Positions 51,449 to 61,315 of a stretch of 64,000 nt of DNA are shown one piece after another. Source of the DNA: Candidatus Eiseniibacteriota bacterium. GTDB lineage: Bacteria; Eisenbacteria; RBG-16-71-46; CAVPCR01. The DNA is taken from NCBI GenBank assembly GCA_963823555.1, contig CAWGMA010000002.1, positions 320,001-384,000 of the forward strand, read 5' to 3'. The first letter of the stretch is position 1. The number at the start of each line of letters is the position of its first letter. Made by a program: the position numbers and the translations under genes. Under the pieces are notes generated by a model that saw only the letters and a program-made list of their open reading frames with translations, made no database searches and was not told the DNA's origin.

Positions 51449-52069
51449 TCAGAACTCGGTGCTGACGCCGGCGACGTAGTAGTCGTCCTCGCCATCCCAG
51501 GGATTGAACGCATAGAAGGAGAAGCTCAGGCTCCGGACGTGCGAGTACATGGTGATCCCCGTGTTGATATCGCGGTTCTCGCCGCGGACCCGCGCTCGTT
51601 CGATGGTGACCCCGGGCGCGAACAGGTCGTGCGCGTTCACGATCCACTCGGTCCAGCTGTAGAAGAAGCTCGCGTCCTCGTCCTCGAGATCGAAGAGGTA
51701 CTCGGCGGCCGTGGAGAAGGAGAGCACCCGCCACGCGAGGTCGACCTCGAGCCCGGGGGCGAGGCCATTGGTGCGGCCGAAGGCGACGCCTGCTACCGGG
51801 GCCACCCACCACTGGAACTCGTCGCCGCCCTCGAACGTGGGGCCGGCCCAGAGGGAGGCGGTCGCGAGGTCCTCGTACTGGTAGCGCGCCTCGACATAGA
51901 GCCGGCCGTGGGTCATGGAGAACATGGGCAGGAGATAGGTCAGGTCGGGGATGAAGTTCACGTACAGGCTCGCCGCGTACGAGGACGAGTCCGCCTCGTC
52001 GATCACATCACCGGCGTGAACTGCCTCAGGCGCGGCCATGGCCAGGAGACCGATCAGCAGGAGCATCAT
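51449..52069 (-). CDS. Exported protein, possible small outer-membrane beta-barrel
   Basis: Signal peptide, alternating beta-strand pattern, terminal Phe; overlaps the amylase stop. Confidence 0.65.
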   Translation of the reverse strand: MMLLLIGLLAMAAPEAVHAGDVIDEADSSSYAASLYVNFIPDLTYLLPMFSMTHGRLYVEARYQYEDLATASLWAGPTFEGGDEFQWWVAPVAGVAFGRTNGLAPGLEVDLAWRVLSFSTAAEYLFDLEDEDASFFYSWTEWIVNAHDLFAPGVTIERARVRGENRDINTGITMYSHVRSLSFSFYAFNPWDGEDDYYVAGVSTEF

Positions 52070-53580
52070 GACTCAGTCTCCTTGTCCTTCAGCTCCTGGA
52101 ATGACAGGAAATGACATCCCCAGGGCGCGAGATCGACGTAGAGCCCATCGCCGCCCATGTCGTTGCCACGTCGATCGAAGGCCGCGTCCGAGAGCTGATC
52201 CTCGAGATGCCAGATGCGGCCGGCTAGCTCGGTCCACGGGACGCGGACCTTTCCTTGAGACTGCTCGCCGGACAGGTTGACGACGATCAAGTAGCGTGTG
52301 GTCCGTCCCGACCAGCACCATGCGACCAGGTTCATGAAGCTCGCGTTGTCCGGCCATCCGGTGCGCTCGCACAGCCGCCATCGGCCGTTGCGGAACGTGT
52401 CGTTCGCGCGCGCGCGCAGGAGCTTGACGTAGAAGGCGCGCAGGTCCTCGTCCACGGGTTCCGGGGGACGCCGCGCGAGAAACACCGGCAGCCTCACCTT
52501 CCTGCCTTCGAGCTGTCCCTCGTGGACGAGCCGCGCGCCCGTCTGGGTGAGGGCGGTGACGGCGGCCGCGCGGGCCTTGGCGGGTGGAAAGGTCGCCGCC
52601 GCCCGCGGTTCGTCATGGTTCTCGATGAACCGGACGAGCCGCTCCTGGTAAGAAAGGTCCGCGCAGAGATGCAGCCGGACCGACTCCGCCGACTCGTGCA
52701 CCAGCCGGTCGTAGAGGCGCTTGTCGTAGCAGTAGTCGAAACCCTGCTGCTGCAGATCCCACTCGAGATCCCAGTAGGCCTCGGCGATGAACTTGAAATC
52801 CGGATGGCGGGACTTGATCATCGGGATCAGCGCGGTCCAGTAGTCGGCTTCGGGGGCGGCGCCGGCGCGGGCGCCCCAGGTGCGCGCGAAGATCCTGTTC
52901 ATGACGAGCATGGCCATGTCGCAGCGCACGGCGTCGCACTGGCCGGCGATGTCATGCAGGGTGGCGGTGACCGCCTGGCGCAGCCCGGGTGCAAAGGCGT
53001 TCAGCTGCAGCACGTCCTGCCAGGCAGGAAAGTAGGGGTCCCGGCCGCACGCGAACACTTCGCCGTCGACCGCCATGAACGACTGCGGGTCACGGGCTTG
53101 ATCCAGGCCGTTGCCGCGGATGAAGTATTCGGGATGCTCGCGCACCCAGGCATGGTCGGGAGCTACATGGTTGGGGACGAGGTCGAGCACGAGGCGGACA
53201 CCGCGCGCGGCGAGGGCGATGCGCGCCGCGGCGAGGCCGTCGCGTCCGCCGAGATAGGCGTCCACTTCATAGCCGCGCACGCAATACGGCGAGCCGACAT
53301 TGTCCGCGGGAGTGAAGTCGGGGAGCGCACGGCGGAAGTCGGCGAGCAGCTCCTCGTTGCGATGGGCGATGGCGATGCCGGCGGGGCTTCGCTCCCAGAC
53401 GCCCATCAGCCACACCGCATCGACGCCGAGGGTTGCGAGATCGTCCCATTCCCGCTCCGGTACCGAGGTGAGCGTCAGCGGGCGACCGATCCGCCTGCTG
53501 AGTTCGTCGAGCCAGACCCGCGTATTGATCTCGTAGATAACGGGGTGCTGCGGCCAGGGCCCCATCGGATCACTTTGCAT
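52066..53580 (-). CDS. Alpha-amylase family (GH13) glycoside hydrolase
   Basis: DLVPNH, AVRCDMAM, IAEAYW and FIENHDE motifs. Confidence 0.92.
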   Translation of the reverse strand: MQSDPMGPWPQHPVIYEINTRVWLDELSRRIGRPLTLTSVPEREWDDLATLGVDAVWLMGVWERSPAGIAIAHRNEELLADFRRALPDFTPADNVGSPYCVRGYEVDAYLGGRDGLAAARIALAARGVRLVLDLVPNHVAPDHAWVREHPEYFIRGNGLDQARDPQSFMAVDGEVFACGRDPYFPAWQDVLQLNAFAPGLRQAVTATLHDIAGQCDAVRCDMAMLVMNRIFARTWGARAGAAPEADYWTALIPMIKSRHPDFKFIAEAYWDLEWDLQQQGFDYCYDKRLYDRLVHESAESVRLHLCADLSYQERLVRFIENHDEPRAAATFPPAKARAAAVTALTQTGARLVHEGQLEGRKVRLPVFLARRPPEPVDEDLRAFYVKLLRARANDTFRNGRWRLCERTGWPDNASFMNLVAWCWSGRTTRYLIVVNLSGEQSQGKVRVPWTELAGRIWHLEDQLSDAAFDRRGNDMGGDGLYVDLAPWGCHFLSFQELKDKETES

Positions 53581-54164
53581 GCCGTACGTTCCTCGCTGCG
53601 GGGATCTGTGCGCGCTTGCCCACCTGTAGATTCATGATGTGCCTGTCTTGTGTCTCCTGTCGTACCGCCCGGGTCCAGGTTGGACGATCGCGCATACGGC
53701 ATGCCTGCTGGCGAGAAGGGAGGATCATACGCGCGGTCGGGATCCCCGTTCAATGGGTGAAGAGGCCGTGGGTCGGGCTTCGGTGAGGTGTCGCTTTCCA
53801 AGGTGGCGGCGAGGGTGTGTGGGGTGATCCTCCTCCGCCTCGCTCCGCGGAGTCCGGTTGACGGGGTGAGTTCTGCGAGCTCCGTTTCGCGAAGTGCGGT
53901 TGGCGAAGTGATGGGCCTTCACGTGGCGTTGTGTTCTTCAATACGTGCCCGTACCCGCAGCAATATACGGTTGAGTGCAGAAGGTGCTTGATTGGCGATG
54001 GCGGCATTCGTAATCTGATTGCGAGTTCCTTCCTCGCGACAACACAAGACCCCGGAAGGAGTATCGCGCGGTCACGACCTCGGGCGGGGATCCCGAGGAG
54101 CTGCGCTCGACCTACTACCGCGCGCGGCGGCAGGGGAGGTGCACGACCGGCGAGCGAGCTAACT

Positions 54165-54218
54165 TGTTTCCGCGGAAACATCCGATCCGGGCGCCTCACC
54201 GATGTTCCAGCGGAAACA
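54165..54218. promoter_or_regulatory. Two parS-like palindromes
   Basis: TGTTTCCGCGGAAACA (54165-54180) and TGTTCCAGCGGAAACA (54203-54218). Confidence 0.65.
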
Positions 54219-54340
54219 ACCCCGCATCGGAGGAAGGACCTTGAGCGCCGCGTCCCGTTCCACCCCATTGTGCCGGACCTGGCGATGTGGAATCATCGCA
54301 GCTCAAGCTGCATCCGGCTCTGATTCGCGCAGGAGAGAGC

Positions 54341-55069
54341 ATGACGCCGAGCAGGACTACCTCCCGCAGAGCCGGAGGGCTCGCCGCCGACATCCGATCC
54401 TTCGTTCTCCGCAGACCGCCCATCCCAACGCTGATCAAGTTCGACACCGAGGAGGCGAGGGAGGACTACAGCCAGCGCATCGCCCAGCGCATCGGCATCG
54501 ACGTCACGCAGTACGCGATCCTGAACGTCCACCGGATCGGCATCGATGCGCCGGTCAGCCTCGTCTTCGAGGAGCTCCAGCGGTGGGATGGTCGGCCCTC
54601 CTACTGGCCGAATCGGATCGTGAGCGTCGAGCGGGCGCAGGGAAGGCGGGGACATCTGCAGTTCTTCCTGCTCGGCAAGAAGGACTCTCTCTTCGGGATC
54701 AGGAACAGGTCTCTCGGGTTCGACTTCATCCCGCTGTTCCTGATGGATGTCGTGGATGTGCGGCATCTGCCGGCCGAATCCAATTTCGACAACGCGCGAT
54801 ACGTCCTGTATGAATGCAGCGGTGGCTATCCGGTGGGGATCTGCGGCATCTACGTCCGCTCACCGATCGCGAATCTCGGTGAAACGGCGCGCGCCCAGAT
54901 GTTCTTTGCCGTCGGGTTCAACTTCTACGGGAAGAAGAACTGGCCCCGAAAGCACCTCGTCAATGGGATATGGGAAGCGATCCACAACCGGGTTACATCC
55001 AATGTGCTCAACCGGTTCAAGATCGAATGCGAAGAGAACTTTCGGAGAATACGGGACGAGTCAGATTGA
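54341..55069 (+). CDS. Hypothetical protein (possibly SRPBCC-like fold)
   Basis: AGGAGAG RBS; normal protein composition; RIGIDAPVSLVFEEL resembles the SRPBCC N-terminus. Confidence 0.6.
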   Translation: MTPSRTTSRRAGGLAADIRSFVLRRPPIPTLIKFDTEEAREDYSQRIAQRIGIDVTQYAILNVHRIGIDAPVSLVFEELQRWDGRPSYWPNRIVSVERAQGRRGHLQFFLLGKKDSLFGIRNRSLGFDFIPLFLMDVVDVRHLPAESNFDNARYVLYECSGGYPVGICGIYVRSPIANLGETARAQMFFAVGFNFYGKKNWPRKHLVNGIWEAIHNRVTSNVLNRFKIECEENFRRIRDESD

Positions 55070-55084
55070 CCCCCATACTCCGGC

Positions 55085-56887
55085 CTATTGCTCGCCGATG
55101 ACCGCCTTGAGGCGGGCGATTCTCGCGTTGACCTCGGGGATGGTGAGATCGTGGAAGCGCTCGGGGAGGAAGCGAGCGTCCGTGCATTCCTTGACGGCGA
55201 GCAGGTCCATGAGCTCGAGCCGCTCGGTGTGCGCCGAGGGGCGGATGTCCGTGATCACCTCGGCGATGACCTGCTCAAGCTCTCGCCGCGGCTCCCCCTC
55301 GGGCTGGGTCTCGTAGACGCGCAGGGCGCGGACGAGGATGCCCTCCATCTCGTTGCCGCCGATCTGGTCGTTGTCGGGAAGGGGGGGCAGGTCCGCGACA
55401 GCGATGGGCATCTTGAGCTTCCTCGCCATGGCGGCGAAGAGCTCCTTGCGGGCCTCGGGTGTTCCCGGCGGAAAGAGCGGGATGTGCACGTCGAGACGGC
55501 CCTGGCGCTTCAGGTCCACCTCGAGGAGATCGGGACGCGAGGTGGCGAAGATCCAGATGATCTTGCCGCGGTTCTGGGTGTCGCTCATCTCCCGCGCCAT
55601 CATGGCGTAGACGCGCCCGGAGAGCCCCGAGTCGCCCTCGCCTCCGCCGCCGCGCCGTCCCATGGCCTGGTCGGCCTCGTCGACGAAGACGATCACCTGG
55701 CCGAGCGCATGCAAGATCGAGAACACCTTTTCCAGGTTGCCCTCGGTGGCCCCGACCCACTTCTCGCGGAAGTTCTTGAGCTCGACACAGGGGATGCCGA
55801 TCTCGCCGGCCAGGCACTCGACGAGGTAGGTCTTGCCGGTTCCGATGCGGCCGGTGATGAGGTATCCCATCGGGATCGCGGCGCTCACGCCCTTCCGGAG
55901 CAGTACCGCGTCCTGGCGGAGCCAGGCCTTGGCCTCCTCGTGCCCGGCCACGTCGTCGAGCGTGCGCCTGGACTCGATGAAGTCGAGCCGCCCGAAGGCC
56001 TCCTTCTCGATCGTCTCCTTCTTGACGCGGGTCAGGTAGGCCCCGGTGAGTCGCTCTCGATCCGCCCGGGCGCGGAGGAGCAGCGTGCGCACGCTCACGC
56101 GCGACAGGCCCACCAGGCGCTCGCCGAGGACCGGAGCGCCGAACTCGCTGAGCACGCTCACATCGCCCAGGTCCCTGGTGAGGAAGGCAATGAAATCGCT
56201 GAGCTCGGCGGCGGTCGGGAGCTCGATCTTGATCTTGGCCGAGTATGGGCTCTCGACCAGCATGCGGTTGAGATCGGCGAGATTCTCGGTCAGGAGCGCT
56301 GTGACGGCGAAGGAGCTCGTGATTGCCGGATCGGAACCCCAGTCGATGAGCTGGATCAACGTCTGGCTCAGATCGGCGAGATACAAGGGGTCGCCCTGGG
56401 GGGCGATGAAGTGCGCGTAGTCGATGACCACCGCAACCCGGAGCGGATCGGCCACCGCCTTTCCGTCCACCACCCGGGTGCGGGCGAGCGCCCCGCGCAG
56501 GAAGCGGTCGATGAGCTCGAGCGCGCGCTTGGGATCGCGCGGCAGGAGACCGGAGAGGTCGAGCATCGCCGCCTTGTCCGGTCCGACCGCGGGCAGCGAG
56601 GACCAGCTCGTGCCCTCGAAGGCGTCGAAGGCCTTCAGGAAGCGCTGGAAAGTCTCGGCCCCCTTGAGGACGCGGATGCCCTTGCCGCGGTCGTAGTACA
56701 CCACGACCTCGAAGGGGTCGAACATGACTTCGGTCAAGAAGCGGCGGAGCGAGAGATAGTCCTCCCCGCCGGGGGCGGGTACGAGGTCGAAGATGTTGCC
56801 GTGGAGAATGAACTGGCTCGTCGTGCCGGCGCGGAAGATGGAGCGCATCTCCTCCGCCCACGGTGCCAGTTCGTGATCGCGTGTCAT
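55085..56887 (-). CDS. Classical-clade AAA+ ATPase with a degenerate N-terminal AAA-like domain
   Basis: Walker A GRIGTGKT, pore loop KWVGATE, Walker B VFVDEAD, arginine finger RQGRLD. Confidence 0.9.
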   Translation of the reverse strand: MTRDHELAPWAEEMRSIFRAGTTSQFILHGNIFDLVPAPGGEDYLSLRRFLTEVMFDPFEVVVYYDRGKGIRVLKGAETFQRFLKAFDAFEGTSWSSLPAVGPDKAAMLDLSGLLPRDPKRALELIDRFLRGALARTRVVDGKAVADPLRVAVVIDYAHFIAPQGDPLYLADLSQTLIQLIDWGSDPAITSSFAVTALLTENLADLNRMLVESPYSAKIKIELPTAAELSDFIAFLTRDLGDVSVLSEFGAPVLGERLVGLSRVSVRTLLLRARADRERLTGAYLTRVKKETIEKEAFGRLDFIESRRTLDDVAGHEEAKAWLRQDAVLLRKGVSAAIPMGYLITGRIGTGKTYLVECLAGEIGIPCVELKNFREKWVGATEGNLEKVFSILHALGQVIVFVDEADQAMGRRGGGGEGDSGLSGRVYAMMAREMSDTQNRGKIIWIFATSRPDLLEVDLKRQGRLDVHIPLFPPGTPEARKELFAAMARKLKMPIAVADLPPLPDNDQIGGNEMEGILVRALRVYETQPEGEPRRELEQVIAEVITDIRPSAHTERLELMDLLAVKECTDARFLPERFHDLTIPEVNARIARLKAVIGEQ

Positions 56888-56890
56888 GGA

Positions 56891-57820
56891 CTAGGCCCTT
56901 TCCCGGCCCCGCCTGGGCGGCGGTGGAGGTGGCGATGGTTCCGGCTCGGCCGGGATGCGGGGCTCGCCGAGCCGCGGCAGGAGCGGACCGCCCTCACCCA
57001 GCTCGTCGCCAGCAAGCGTGCCGAAGATCTCCGCGTTCTGCTCCATCCAGCGCGATGTCTCGGCCAGGGTCTGACTCACGGCGTCGAGCCGTGCCGAGAG
57101 CACCTCGGGCCCGCCGGAAACCGCGGTCTCCTCGCGGATCAGGCGCACCTGCCGCTCGATGCGCTGGAGCTCGGCGTCGATCACCTCGAGGCTCGTTCCG
57201 GCCCGCTCGAGATTGGCGAGGCGCTTGGTCTGGATGTCGAGCGTGGCCTCGAGCGAGCGCGCGAGCGGGCTTCCTGCCGGAGCGGAGGCGAGTCGCGCCT
57301 TCAGCCCATCGATGTCCGCCGCGAGCATCTCCGGATCCACCTGCGCCAGGTTGGTGCGGATCACCTGCTGGGAGACGAGGAGGCGGAGGAAGAGCGCGAG
57401 CAAGCTGTTGAGACTGCCTGCGCGCAGGTCCTCGAGCGTGCCCGCCTCGTTCCGTTCGCGGGTGGGCGCGATACCGAGGATGAGCCCGCATTCGTTGAGG
57501 AGCCGGCGGTAGCGGGCGCGCGCCTCGGGGACCAGCTGCTCCAACGTCTCCTGCACGCGCTCGTCGGTGCCGCGCTGACGTCGAGCGAGGAGCTCGCCCT
57601 CGACGACCTTCTGGAAGCGCGGGTTCGCAGACAGCCAGCCGAGGTAGGACAGCTCAGCGGCCGCACCCAGGAGCCAGAAACCGGGATTAACGAGTCCGAG
57701 GACGCCAAAGGCGACGAGCCCCATCTGGTTGAGCGGCATCCGTCCGAGAAGCGGAATCGGATGCGGATGCCGGAAAGCGGCCTTGACGTAATCCCAGTAG
57801 GTCAGGGGCTGGTTCGCCAT
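56891..57820 (-). CDS. Membrane-anchored coiled-coil protein
   Basis: Two short N-terminal hydrophobic segments followed by long heptad-rich helices. Confidence 0.75.
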   Translation of the reverse strand: MANQPLTYWDYVKAAFRHPHPIPLLGRMPLNQMGLVAFGVLGLVNPGFWLLGAAAELSYLGWLSANPRFQKVVEGELLARRQRGTDERVQETLEQLVPEARARYRRLLNECGLILGIAPTRERNEAGTLEDLRAGSLNSLLALFLRLLVSQQVIRTNLAQVDPEMLAADIDGLKARLASAPAGSPLARSLEATLDIQTKRLANLERAGTSLEVIDAELQRIERQVRLIREETAVSGGPEVLSARLDAVSQTLAETSRWMEQNAEIFGTLAGDELGEGGPLLPRLGEPRIPAEPEPSPPPPPPRRGRERA

Positions 57821-57826
57821 GGCTCG

Positions 57827-58678
57827 TCAGGTGGTGCCCGCCTCCAGGGCCCGGAACGCCGCCGCCACCTCGCCCACCGCCGCCTTGAAGCTCGACGTCT
57901 CCTGCACCAGGAGGGGATCCGAGTCGCGCGTCGGCGGGATGATGTCGGCGAACTCGTTGCCGATGCGGCCCGGAGCCGGGGTGATGATCCAGACCCGATC
58001 GCCCAGGTAGACCGCCTCGGCGATCGAGTGGGTGACGATGAAGACCGTGGCCTCGACCTCGTGCCAGAGCTCCATGATAAGCCGCTGCATCTCGTAGCGG
58101 GTAGGCTCATCGAGCGCCGAGAACGGCTCGTCCATCAAGAGGATCTTGGGCTTGAGCGCCAGCGCCCGGGCGATGGCCACCCGCTGTTGCTGCCCGCCGG
58201 AGAGCTGGTGCGGGTACTTCTTCTCGTGCTCGACGAGTCCCACTCGGTGCAACCAGTCGCGCGCGACATCCACCATGGCCGGCCGGCTGAGGCCGAGCTC
58301 GTGCTGGTTCAGCTCGAGTCCGAAGGTGACGTTCTCGAGGACGGTGCGCTGCGGGAACGAGCTGTACTTCTGGAAGATCATGCCGCGGTCGCGGCCCGGC
58401 CCGGTGACGATCCGCCCGCGCACGCGCACTTCTCCGGTGGTCGGCGGATAGACGTCATCAAAGCCGTGAATGAGATTCAGGATGGTGGACTTGCCGCAGC
58501 CGGAGGGCCCGACGATGGCGATGAACTCGCCGTAGCCTGGCCTGTCATCGACGCGGAAGGTCAGGTCCTTGATCGCGGTGAACGCGCGCGCGGTTCCCGG
58601 GTTGAAGGTCTTCGATACCGCCCGGAACTCGACGACCGGTTCGCTCGCAGCGGCGGGTGCGGCACCGGCGGCGGTCAT
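57827..58678 (-). CDS. ABC transporter ATP-binding protein (TauB/SsuB-like)
   Basis: GPSGCGKST, LSGGQQQR and LLMDEPFSALD motifs; ATGA overlap with the permease. Confidence 0.93.
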   Translation of the reverse strand: MTAAGAAPAAASEPVVEFRAVSKTFNPGTARAFTAIKDLTFRVDDRPGYGEFIAIVGPSGCGKSTILNLIHGFDDVYPPTTGEVRVRGRIVTGPGRDRGMIFQKYSSFPQRTVLENVTFGLELNQHELGLSRPAMVDVARDWLHRVGLVEHEKKYPHQLSGGQQQRVAIARALALKPKILLMDEPFSALDEPTRYEMQRLIMELWHEVEATVFIVTHSIAEAVYLGDRVWIITPAPGRIGNEFADIIPPTRDSDPLLVQETSSFKAAVGEVAAAFRALEAGTT

Positions 58679-59541
58679 CGCCGCGACTCCTGCCATGGGA
58701 AGAGGCGGCTGCCGATCGCCGCCCACAGCTTGTCGGTGAGGAAGGCGACGCCGACGATGATCAGGAGCACCAGATAGATGTGCTCGCGCGGCCCGCGCCG
58801 CTGCGACGTGATGATGATCCCGCCCAGGCCCTTGCCGATGTCCACCATCTCGGCGAGCAGGATGTAGCTCCAGCCGACGCCGAACCCGAGCCGGAGCGCC
58901 TCGAAGATCCGGGGCCATGCCACCGGGAGCAGGACCTGGCGCACGGCCTGCGCGCGCGAGGCGCCGAGCGTGTAGGCGGTCTTCAAGTAGATGTCGTCCA
59001 CCGAGTCGACGGCGGCGACGATGAGCGGCAAGAGGTAGATGCCGAAGGCCAGCGCGAGAAAGACGACCTTCTGCAGCTCCCCGGTTCCGAACAGGCTCAA
59101 GGTGAGCGGGACCAGGGTGGGAATGGGCAGATAGGCCCCGAACACGGCGAGCGGCAGGAATGCCGACCGCACCTTGGTGAACGAGCCCATGAGGAGCCCG
59201 AGCGGGAACACGATGGCCACCGCGAGGAGAAAGCCCTCGCTCACCCTGAGGAAGGACACGAGGAGATTGCGCATGACGGCGCGATCGAACCACAGCCCGG
59301 GGAACGAGCGGACGACCTCCACCGGGCTCGGCAGGATGGTCGGCGAGATCATGCGGCTCTCGGGTTCGTCGCCGCCGGTGGCGGCGATCCACACCGCGAG
59401 GAGGACCGCCACCGGCATCACACCCAGGATCCAGGCGAGCCAGGGTGGGATGCGCTCGCGAATGCGGAGACCCCACTTGCCGGTGGCGGCAGTTCCCCCG
59501 CCGCTGGTTGCGGCCGCCTCCCGCTCGAGGCGGTCGGTCAC
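58675..59541 (-). CDS. ABC transporter permease (TauC/SsuC-like)
   Basis: ILPSPVEV and EAA-like AYTLGAS motifs; multiple TM helices. Confidence 0.92.
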   Translation of the reverse strand: MTDRLEREAAATSGGGTAATGKWGLRIRERIPPWLAWILGVMPVAVLLAVWIAATGGDEPESRMISPTILPSPVEVVRSFPGLWFDRAVMRNLLVSFLRVSEGFLLAVAIVFPLGLLMGSFTKVRSAFLPLAVFGAYLPIPTLVPLTLSLFGTGELQKVVFLALAFGIYLLPLIVAAVDSVDDIYLKTAYTLGASRAQAVRQVLLPVAWPRIFEALRLGFGVGWSYILLAEMVDIGKGLGGIIITSQRRGPREHIYLVLLIIVGVAFLTDKLWAAIGSRLFPWQESRR

Positions 59542-61271
59542 TGGGCCTCCGGCGGGTAGACCGCGATCTCCACTCGGCGGTTGAGCGCCTGGTTCAGGGG
59601 ATCATCGGGATCAGCCGGCTCGTCCCAGGCCTTGCCCTCGACCGCGAACTTGTCGGGCTCGAACTTGAACTTCTTGACGAGCGCCTGCTTCACGGCATTG
59701 GCCCGGTCGAGAGAGAGCTGCTGCACATCCTCGTAGCGCACCCCGCGCTCCCGCATCGAGGAGTCCGTATGGCCGAGGATCGCGATCACCGAGCGATCGT
59801 ACTGCCCGACCAGGCGGGCCACCTTCTCGAGCGTGGCGTCGATCGCGGGATCGTAGAGCGTGTTGGCCACCGCATTGCCCAGCTCGTCGTGCTGGGGCTC
59901 GTAGAGATTGGCCGAGTTCGGATAGAAGTTGATGCGGATGGTCTGGGTGACGATCGGCGCCTCGGCGGAGAGCTTCTTGTAGCTCGTCGGGACGAAGGCG
60001 GCGCGACCGGCGTCCGGCTGGTGCTTGAAGGCGCCTTCCTGGTCGAGCTGCTTCAAGACCGAGAAGTCCATCACCTCGTCGAAGCGGGCCGGGGTTCCGA
60101 TCAGCCCGAGCTCCCGGTAGACGAAGTTGATGTTCTTCCAGCTCCGCTCGAAGTTGGTCGGACTGTTGGCGTTGAGGAAGAAGTCCTTGTTCTCGGCGAA
60201 GTTGGTCGAATGGGCGTCCTGGACCATGCCACCGATCTCGTCGACCGGCATGCCGTAACCCTCGGCCATCCACTGGAAGGCCTTTGCCTTGAACGTGCCG
60301 TCGCCCAGTAGGTCCATGCCCTTGAAGATGCCCGCCACCAGGCCCTTCATGATCTCCGGGTGGTCCTTGGCGAAGTCGGCCCGTGCCGCCCACACGTCGG
60401 CGATCAGCTTGTTGGCCTCGGCGGTGGTGGTGAGGATGCGGGTGCCGGGGACCTTGTCCGGGATGTTGTAGATGTCGGGCGCCCACGACACGCAGGCATC
60501 GATCTTCTTGTCAGCGACGAAGGCCGCCGCCGCCTCGAAGGCTGTGGCCGTGTACTTGTGCTTCACGGTGGCGGGCTGGACGCCGGCGGCGAGCAGCAGA
60601 TTGTTGATGAAGTACTGGGAAGGGCTGTTCTGGGCGTAGACCACCGTCTTGCCCTTCAAGTCCCGCACCGATTCGATGCCGCCGCGGACGACGATGCCGT
60701 CGCCGCCGCTCGACCAGTCGATCTGCTGGTAGACGCGCGGCGCGGTGCGCGAATCCTTCATGAGGTCGGGCGCGAACAGCGCGATCATGTCGAGGGTGCC
60801 CCACAGGATGTGGCTCTCGCCGGCGGCGAAGGCGTCGCGCGCCACCACTGGATCGTCGACCAGCTTCAGATTCACCTTGAAGCCGTAGTCCTTGTAGAAG
60901 ACGGATTCGGTGTTGGGGGCGAAGCCGTGATTGGCCGCCACGATCGGCAGCCAGCCGATCCAGACGTTGATCGGGAACTGGACGATCTTCTCGCTGGCAT
61001 CCCACTTGTAATTGGAGACGCCCTTGACCGGCGGCAGCTTCTCGGCCGGCACGTAGGTGTACTCGTTGACCGTCGTGATGCCCTTGGTGTCCGGGGCCTC
61101 GACCTTGCCCGCCTGGTCCTTGTAGGCATCCAGGTCGATTTCCGACTGCCCCTCCTTGCCGGCGGGCAGGAGCGCATCGCGGAAGAAGTAGATGGCGCCG
61201 GCGATCAGGGCCAGGATGAAGAGCACGATCACCAGCCTGCCGAGGCCGGTGGGTCCCACCTTGTCCGCCAT
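59538..61271 (-). CDS. Membrane-anchored NMT1/SsuA-type solute-binding protein fused to an OmpA-like peptidoglycan-binding domain
   Basis: N-terminal TM; DWSSGGDGIV..DLKGK; C-terminal GHTDS..LSLDRANAVK..NRRVE. Confidence 0.88.
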   Translation of the reverse strand: MADKVGPTGLGRLVIVLFILALIAGAIYFFRDALLPAGKEGQSEIDLDAYKDQAGKVEAPDTKGITTVNEYTYVPAEKLPPVKGVSNYKWDASEKIVQFPINVWIGWLPIVAANHGFAPNTESVFYKDYGFKVNLKLVDDPVVARDAFAAGESHILWGTLDMIALFAPDLMKDSRTAPRVYQQIDWSSGGDGIVVRGGIESVRDLKGKTVVYAQNSPSQYFINNLLLAAGVQPATVKHKYTATAFEAAAAFVADKKIDACVSWAPDIYNIPDKVPGTRILTTTAEANKLIADVWAARADFAKDHPEIMKGLVAGIFKGMDLLGDGTFKAKAFQWMAEGYGMPVDEIGGMVQDAHSTNFAENKDFFLNANSPTNFERSWKNINFVYRELGLIGTPARFDEVMDFSVLKQLDQEGAFKHQPDAGRAAFVPTSYKKLSAEAPIVTQTIRINFYPNSANLYEPQHDELGNAVANTLYDPAIDATLEKVARLVGQYDRSVIAILGHTDSSMRERGVRYEDVQQLSLDRANAVKQALVKKFKFEPDKFAVEGKAWDEPADPDDPLNQALNRRVEIAVYPPEAQ

Positions 61272-61315
61272 GTTTCAGTCTCCTTCCAGCGCAGCGTCCC
61301 CCGGAGGATGCCGCG

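Noticed and set aside
53581..54290. Replication origin
   Set aside because: No DnaA-box cluster (TTATCCACA) or AT-rich unwinding element was seen, and there is no dnaA in the window.
55088..58777. 1229-aa plus-strand ORF and other long antisense ORFs (e.g. 451-2313, 4734-7235, 17405-19441)
   Set aside because: These are shadow ORFs opposite well-supported genes, expected in high-GC DNA, with no recognisable motifs.
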